From Eledone cirrhosa (Eukaryota), in NCBI GenBank assembly GCA_964016885.1, contig OZ024741.1, positions 31,620,001 to 31,684,000 on the forward strand: a DNA stretch of 64,000 nucleotides, written 5' to 3'. The translations under genes were made by a program, and so were the position numbers. Shown piece after piece: positions 55,231 to 64,000 of this stretch; within the stretch, counting starts at the first letter, position 1; each line of letters opens with the position of its first letter. The notes below the pieces were generated by a model. That model searched no databases. It saw only the letters and a program-made list of their open reading frames with translations, and was not told the origin of the DNA.

Positions 55231-55429
55231 ATAGGAAAAGAGTCAGCACCCCGACGGCAGAGCTCAAGCCATTTCGACGGGTATTTCTGGTTCAGAAATA
55301 GCCGTCGAAACGGCTTGATCTCTGCCGTCGGGGTCCTGACTCTTTTCCTATTACCCACTCTACTACCCAATGTATAGAGTATTCTGGTGCGTTATGGCCC
55401 ACCTGGTTCCTGGCCACACGTCCATCGTT
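55231..55429. mobile_element. Family C fold-back plus tail
   Basis: ataggaaaagagtcag..ctgactcttttcctat arms centred on the stem II hairpin. Confidence 0.8.
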
Positions 55430-55891
55430 TTATATATATTTATATATAGAGGTTCCCTCCCTTGCTGAATACCATGTGCGTTTTTGGCTTTGGGTCCTCT
55501 CTGTATTATGGAACGAAATACTCGTTGAAGAAGCCTTTCCGCTTTCATCCCTTCTCTAGAAGTCTTATATATTTTTTATGTGGGCTGATAGTGATTGGAT
55601 TAAGGAATTGCAGAAACCCAAGAAGCTAGATTTAACATCTTTCTAGCGGGTCCGGGTGACTTTTTTACATTCATTTAATTTATTAATTTAATGATATTTT
55701 ATTTGAGTGACCCGAATCTCCCTGGTCGTTCTTTATCGGCTGCACGGGTGATTTTAGGCATGATCTCTATGTGTTGGTATTTTAACGATAGTTATAGCTC
55801 TGATTTTTCCAAATTATTGAGCCCTCTGCCTCATATATCGGATATTCTTTATCGTGATTTCGTGGGCTGATATTCCGATTCTCGATTATTC

Positions 55892-55955
<64 letters not shown>

Positions 55956-55971
55956 CTAGTAACATGATTTA

Positions 55972-56024
<53 letters not shown>

Positions 56025-56049
56025 ATATATATATGTATGTATATATATT

Positions 56050-56080
<31 letters not shown>

Positions 56081-56574
56081 GTATATATATGTATATATAT
56101 ATATATGTATATATATATGTATATATATATATATATATATACATATATACACACATATATATATATTTATGTATATATACAATGAAACTTTTATAACACA
56201 AGAAATTGTTTATGTGACACAGGAAATTATAAAGTTGATGAGGTGAAGTCATGTGTATGTCTATATTATTGACTAGAGTTAGAGATAATTTTCTCTTTTT
56301 TCTTTTTTCAGAAAGTACATATACGTGTATATATATATACATATATATTTCCGTATTTTTATAAATAGGGTAATTTTTTGAAGGTTTTATCTCAGATTTT
56401 GGTATATTGACCTCAGAGTTTTAAACTAAACATATGGTCATTATTGAACAATGTTATTTTCTCATATTATATATCTATGTCTCATTCATGAATATTGATA
56501 TTTGCATACTTATTATCCATTTCATATAAATTGATAATTCAAATTGATATGACATGACGTAAAGATGTAACTGT

Positions 56575-57095
56575 ATCCTTCTCTCGCTATATAGCACTTT
56601 CTCCCCTCTCTCTATATAGCTCCTCTCTCTATATATAGCACTTTCTCCTCTCTCTTGAGTTTGTCTTTGTGCATGATGAATTATTATGTATCTATCGCTT
56701 TCGTTTGCCTCTCCTATTTCTCTCTTGTTTCTCTTTCACTTCCTCCTATATATTTATATTTTCTCTCTCTCTCCCTTTCCCCCCGCCCTCTCTCTCTCCG
56801 TTTTTCTGTATCTCCAGTTTTTTCTTTCTCTCCGTCTTTTTTCTAACTGTGCTTAACACTATAACTAAATAATTATTATCCTTCTCTCTCTATATAGTAC
56901 TCCCTCTCTCTTGAGTTTTTCTATATGGATGGTGAGTAATTATTTATCTATTGCTTTCGTTTGCCTCTCTTATTTCTTCCTTGTTCCTTTTCACCTCCTT
57001 TCTTTCTCTCCCCTCTATTTCTCTGTTTTTTCTTTGCCTCCGTTTCTTCTTTCTCTCCGTCTTTTTTCTAACTGTGCTTAACACTATAACTAAAT
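56575..57095. repeat. CT-rich imperfect tandem duplication
   Basis: ctctccgtcttttttctaactgtgcttaacactataactaaata occurs twice. Confidence 0.75.
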
Positions 57096-57291
57096 ATTTA
57101 TAAACAAATCACTACCCAGACAGCTTCCTAATTTAATGGTCACTTATAATATGGTACGTCAAAATTATTTATAAAACTGTTTATATATTGTATTTTATCT
57201 GACGAAGGCATGCCATATTTTTAATATGGTATCCCTGAAATATGTATAATGAAATAAATATGGTTTTATAAATATAGTTTCCATTTGTTTA

Positions 57292-57341
<50 letters not shown>

Positions 57342-57352
57342 ATATATATATT

Positions 57353-57402
<50 letters not shown>

Positions 57403-57530
57403 GATATATATATATATGTATATATATATATATGTATATATGTATAGATATATATATATATATATATGTGTGTATATTTATATATATATATGTATGTATA
57501 TATATATATATATTGGATATATATATATAT

Positions 57531-57576
<46 letters not shown>

Positions 57577-57600
57577 TATATATATCCTATATATATATAT

Positions 57601-57738
<138 letters not shown>

Positions 57739-57892
57739 TGAAGTCGTGTGAGTTCGATTCCCGGAGCGTGTGATGCGTTATGTCCTTCAGTAAGACACTT
57801 AATTCACGTTGCCCTTTCTACCTGGAGTTGTAACCGATAGATTAGTATTAGCAATTGGAAAGACCAATGGAAATATTGTTTCCTCGATCGTT

Positions 57893-57932
<40 letters not shown>

Positions 57933-58018
57933 CTCCAGGTAGAAAGAGCAATGTGAATTAAAGTGTCTGGCTGAAGGACATAACGCATCACACGCTCCGG
58001 GAATCGAACTCGCACGCC

Positions 58019-58023
<5 letters not shown>
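57739..58023. mobile_element. Inverted pair of ~90-bp SINE fragments (second tRNA-SINE family)
   Basis: gagttcgattcc B box; 57739-57829 is inverted at 57931-58023. Confidence 0.75.
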
Positions 58024-58075
<52 letters not shown>

Positions 58076-58640
58076 GAAAAATATGGGGAGAAGAATACTG
58101 CATGGTTGCACATGGAATACATGTTATAAAATGAGTCCCTCATCAGTGATTTGCCAACGACCATTGGTATTTCATCGCATTAAAAATCATATACCTCACG
58201 TTGGTGCGAGAATAACTAAAATAAGTTATTAGGACAATTGAAACGCGTAAAGCGAGTGAGACAAGTAAACAACACAAGGGAAAGCTAACGGAAGATAGAA
58301 AGAAACACCAGCAACATGGTTATTCTGTCAGTTATTCTGGGTGAATACATGTGCGAGTAAGACACAGACCTTCCGCTAGTGAATCCGATGTAAGGAAGAA
58401 GGAAAATCGTTTTCGTAGCGAACGGGAGGAAATAAGAAGGGAAGAAACAGAGAGTCAGTGAGTGGAAGTGCGAGGAAGAGGTCAGTAGAGAGAAAGTATT
58501 AACTGACATGACAGAGGGGCCGATGGAGAGTAAGAGAAACAAAGAGAACGAGGGAGCAGTAAGAGAGAAAGAGAGAAACACAGAATCGCAGTTTAGGTAG
58601 ATATATGTGAAAAATATGGCGATATATATATATATATAAG

Positions 58641-58759
<119 letters not shown>

Positions 58760-58848
58760 ACATATATCTATCCAATATATATATTTATATATATATATAT
58801 ACATATATATATACAAATATACACACATATATATATATATATATACAT

Positions 58849-58908
<60 letters not shown>

Positions 58909-59291
58909 CGAATAGAATGAAACGAAATTTCATTTCTCACTCTTAGGTCGGCACTTACTTAATTCAGGCTGTTTGTTTGTTTACAAACGAACAAACCGAG
59001 CATTATAATAAATGTTCGGTAAACTGATACGTGCATATATATGTGTGTGCCTGTATGTATATATATATACATGCTACTGTACGTCTGTATACATACATAC
59101 ATACATTTAAGTAAGTGCCGTACTAAGAGTGAGAAATGAAATGAAATTTCATTTCATTCTATTCCATTTTATCGTGTTCGGTGCGCCTGGCCCACTGAAC
59201 TCACTCGATATGCAAATTAGGCTGCTCAGCCGTTAATTTTCATAAGGAAAGTATATACTTTCGAACGTTCAACCATCTGGCAGAAAGGTAT

Positions 59292-59334
59292 ACGGTGCTG
59301 ACGATAGCTAATAAGCTTGAAACTAGTACATCGT
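59292..59334 (+). ncRNA. Type I HHR, array unit 1
   Basis: acggtg-CTGACGA-t-agct-aata-agct-t-GAAA-ctag-TA-catcgt. Confidence 0.88.
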
Positions 59335-59733
59335 TCCTGTGTCAGTGTTGAACAAAAAGGTGACGTGGTTACCTAAACACTGTACGGCATAATTCAGGCT
59401 GTTTGTTTGTTTACAAACGAACAAACCGAGCATTATAATAAATGTTCGGTAAACTGATACGTGCATATATATATGCGTGCCTGTATGTATATATATACAT
59501 GCTACTGTACGTCTGTATACATATATGTATGTACGTATACATACATACTTACATTTAAGTAAGTGCCGTACTAAGAGTGAGAAATGAAATTTCGTTTCAT
59601 TCTATTCCATTTATCGTTTTCGGTGCGCCTGGCCGACTGAACTCGCTCGATATGCAAATTAGGCTGCTCAGCCGTTAATTTTCATAAGGAAAGTATATAC
59701 TTTCGGACGTTCAACCATCTGGCAGAAAGGTAT

Positions 59734-59776
59734 ACGGTGCTGACGATAGCTAATAAGCTTGAAACTAGTACATCGT
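59734..59776 (+). ncRNA. Type I HHR, array unit 2
   Basis: Identical to unit 1, 442 nt downstream. Confidence 0.88.
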
Positions 59777-59987
59777 TCCTGTGTCATGTTGAACAAAAAG
59801 GTGACGTGGTTCCCTAAACACTGTACGGCGTAATTCAGGCTGTTTGTTTACAAACGAACAAACCGAGCATTATAATAAATGTTCGGTAAACTGATATGTG
59901 CATATATATATGTGTGCCTGTATGCATATATATACATGGTACTGTACGTCTGTATACATATATGTATGTACGTATACATACATACTT

Positions 59988-60057
<70 letters not shown>

Positions 60058-60062
<5 letters not shown>

Positions 60063-61233
60063 CCTTGTGGGCCTGTACATCCTACATCACCTGAAGAACC
60101 TCTTTACCGGCCTAACGGGAGGTTTATACCGAGACGACGGCCTCTTTGCCCTGCATAAGGTTAACCCCAGAACCACCGATGGGTTTCGGAAAAACTTAAG
60201 CTCTTTCTTCTCTAATCTAGGATTTAGTATAACTATAGAATCTAATTTAACTAGGGCCAACTTCTTAGATGTCACTCTCGACCTAGATACTTCCCTCTAT
60301 TACCCGTACCACAAACCTAACGAGTCCCTTAAATATATTAATGTTAATTCAAACCACCCCCAAAACATCACTGATAACCTAGTAAAAAGCGTCTCTATTA
60401 GAATATCTGGCCTCTCCGCCAACAAAGATATTTTTAATGCATCTGCCTCCTACTACAATGACGCCCTCGCCCGTAGCGGATTTAAAGATAAGATAACTTA
60501 CCTAGAAACCACCGCAAGATTGCAGAGGAGGAATAGACATAGGCAGATTAGCTGGTACAACCCTCCCTTCAATAGAGAGGTATCTACTCCGATAGCTAGG
60601 ATTTTCTTCACTTTGCTGAAATTACACTTCCCCGTACAACATAGGTACCACACCATCTTTAATAATAACACAATAAGACTGTCTTACTCCACCACACCTA
60701 ACCTAGCTAAGAATATAGCCAACCACAATTCTAAAAAATTAAATAAGCCAACCACCTCCGAACCCAATCCCCGGACTGGGGCTCTATGTAATTGCCTAAA
60801 TAAGGAAGCATGCCCACTTGAAAACAAATGCCTCACAAATGATATCGTATACAAATGCGATGTCATCTCAGGCACCGAGGATTGCAAAAAAACTTACATC
60901 GGCATGACCTCCAACAACTTTAAGACCCGTTGGTATGCCCATACCCACTCCTTCAGAAGACCGGACAAATCAAATCAGACAACACTCGCCTCCTACGTTT
61001 GGGACCTCAAAAGGAACTCCACCCCCTTCACGCTTAAATGGAAAATACTCCAAAAAGCGCGCTCTTACGACGGAGGAGACAAGGGCTGCAACCTTTGTAT
61101 TTCAGAGAGCTACGAAATTTTATTCGCCAAGGGCCCGCTACTGAACAAACTCTCCGAACACTGCCCGAACTGCATGCACAAGAACTTTGCAACTTTCAAA
61201 CACTTTAAGCCAGTGTTAAAGCCCGATGGCTAA
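60058..61233 (+). pseudogene. 5'-truncated CxC-type PLE, open RT C-terminus + GIY-YIG
   Basis: [57 protein letters not shown]; the listed ORF start lies in microsatellite. Confidence 0.92.
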
Positions 61234-61399
61234 AAACGACCTCCCCCTATTGGCCCCTATACCTCCTTCCCACCCTACCCCCACCCCTCCTCAACCTGAA
61301 ATACGGCCACTATGGTTATGTGAGTAGCTCTTTCCTATCTACATTTTCTGCCTGTAGAGGTGTTTTTATGTGCCTGCGTATATGCGTATATTTATTGAG

Positions 61400-62980
<1,581 letters not shown>

Positions 62981-62986
62981 AATATA

Positions 62987-64000
62987 CTAACGGAGTTACC
63001 CGGCTTCGCTCAGTGTTAAAAAGCTTATTGAGAAAAGAATAATATTAACATTTTAATCGTTATTTAAAAACTTCTGTAATTTAGTTTCTATTTTTTAGAT
63101 TTTAACATTTATCTTTAAATGACTGAATGACTGACGAATTTAAAGAAAATTCGTTATAAGAACATTTAATTTGTTTTACTGAAGTGCTTTTGGATACACA
63201 ATGTTTTTTGTTTTTCCTTCTGGTGCGTACACGAATAAATCAGAAGGTTTACCGACGTGTGAGCAAGCCACATACAGTTGTCCATGTGAGAAGCATGGAT
63301 TATCTAAATTTAGTCCAACACTTGTAGCGATTGTCCTAGTGCTTTGTTGATAGTCATTGCAAAGGCGAGTCGCACCGGAAACTGCAAACGTTTGAAATCG
63401 AATGGCGTATCTGTTGGAATGATTGGGATGCGTGGCAAGAGTACATCTTCTCCTTTAAATTTTCCATTTAAAATTGTAGCCTCGATGATTTTGTTCATCG
63501 TCTTTTTCACTGAAAGTCTGGTACCGTTGCAAAGTTGTGGTGGATTGATGTTTCGGAGAAGGATGATAGGCACGCCAATTTTCAATGTTAAAATGTGCGG
63601 TGGCATGCCTGGCAAATCAAGTGAATTCAAGAATTCAATTGGATAATTGATAATTTCGTCTTGATTCATTACAGTATCGATGGACTTATACGTTGTCGCT
63701 TCGCCTGGTATTTCGTTTTGAATGCTGAAATTAATGGCATTGTCATCGATGTTTTTGGCTGCTAATATAGCACGTACACTGAGCCACTGATGATTTTTGT
63801 AATGCTGCGCAATATTTGGGAACACTTTGTGAATCAGTTCGTCTCTGGTTGCCGTGATTCTACAGAAGTTTGTTGGCAATGTGATACATTTTGTGGAATC
63901 ATCGATTACCATTTTCCCATTCCCAATATCCAGCAATTGTTTTGTGAAACGTTCAGCGGATGCGTCATTTTGTAGTTGTATACGCATATTGTTTTTTAAA
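62987..64000 (-). mobile_element. Helitron 3' end: PIF1-like helicase C-terminus and terminus
   Basis: LLRNINPPQLCNGTRL, RLQFPVRLAFAMTINK, FSHGQLYVACS; imperfect subterminal hairpin (ctgagcgaagccggg) and a TTAG|T end. Confidence 0.92.

Larger units (their letters stand above)
58910..59990 (+). mobile_element. Retrozyme-like non-coding tandem array (about 2.4 units of 430-441 bp) with HHRs
   Basis: Units start at 58961, 59391 and 59832; inverted 5' piece 58910-58962; flanked by (TA)n. Confidence 0.8.

Noticed and set aside
55440-55890. Ty3/gypsy pol relic (SFLGFCNSL on the minus strand)
   Set aside because: A single weak motif, no LTR or other domains.
58961-59990. CRISPR array or ordinary satellite
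   Set aside because: No short repeat/unique spacer pattern, eukaryotic context, and the units carry HHRs.

Overview
AT-rich, microsatellite-saturated eukaryotic DNA, probably from an octopod cephalopod (inferred from the tRNA-derived SINEs). I see no host gene, and most ORF-track entries are (TA)n/(CA)n artefacts. The window is a dense nest of mobile elements: one intact Penelope-like retroelement (PLE, 7416-11852, 1210-aa RT + GIY-YIG ORF between 308-bp pseudo-LTRs), three decayed near-full PLEs, four truncated YRDDGL/CxC-type PLE fragments, RTE, CR1/L2, R4-like and Jockey/I-like LINE relics, two Helitron pieces, SINEs and a mariner-type MITE. The hidden layer is RNA: roughly 18 type I hammerhead ribozyme (HHR) motifs from about 10 sequence families, folded by eye. 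They include non-canonical cores (compensated U3-A8, U4C, A6U) and branched stem II forms. Best candidate for a new system: a non-coding ~440-bp tandem array (58910-59990) with one HHR per complete unit, a retrozyme-like element predicted to release a 442-nt, possibly circular RNA and carrying a PLE-type insertion signature. Several short fold-back insertions are centred on HHR stem II, and one starts exactly at the predicted cleavage site. All folds and family assignments are manual and untested.
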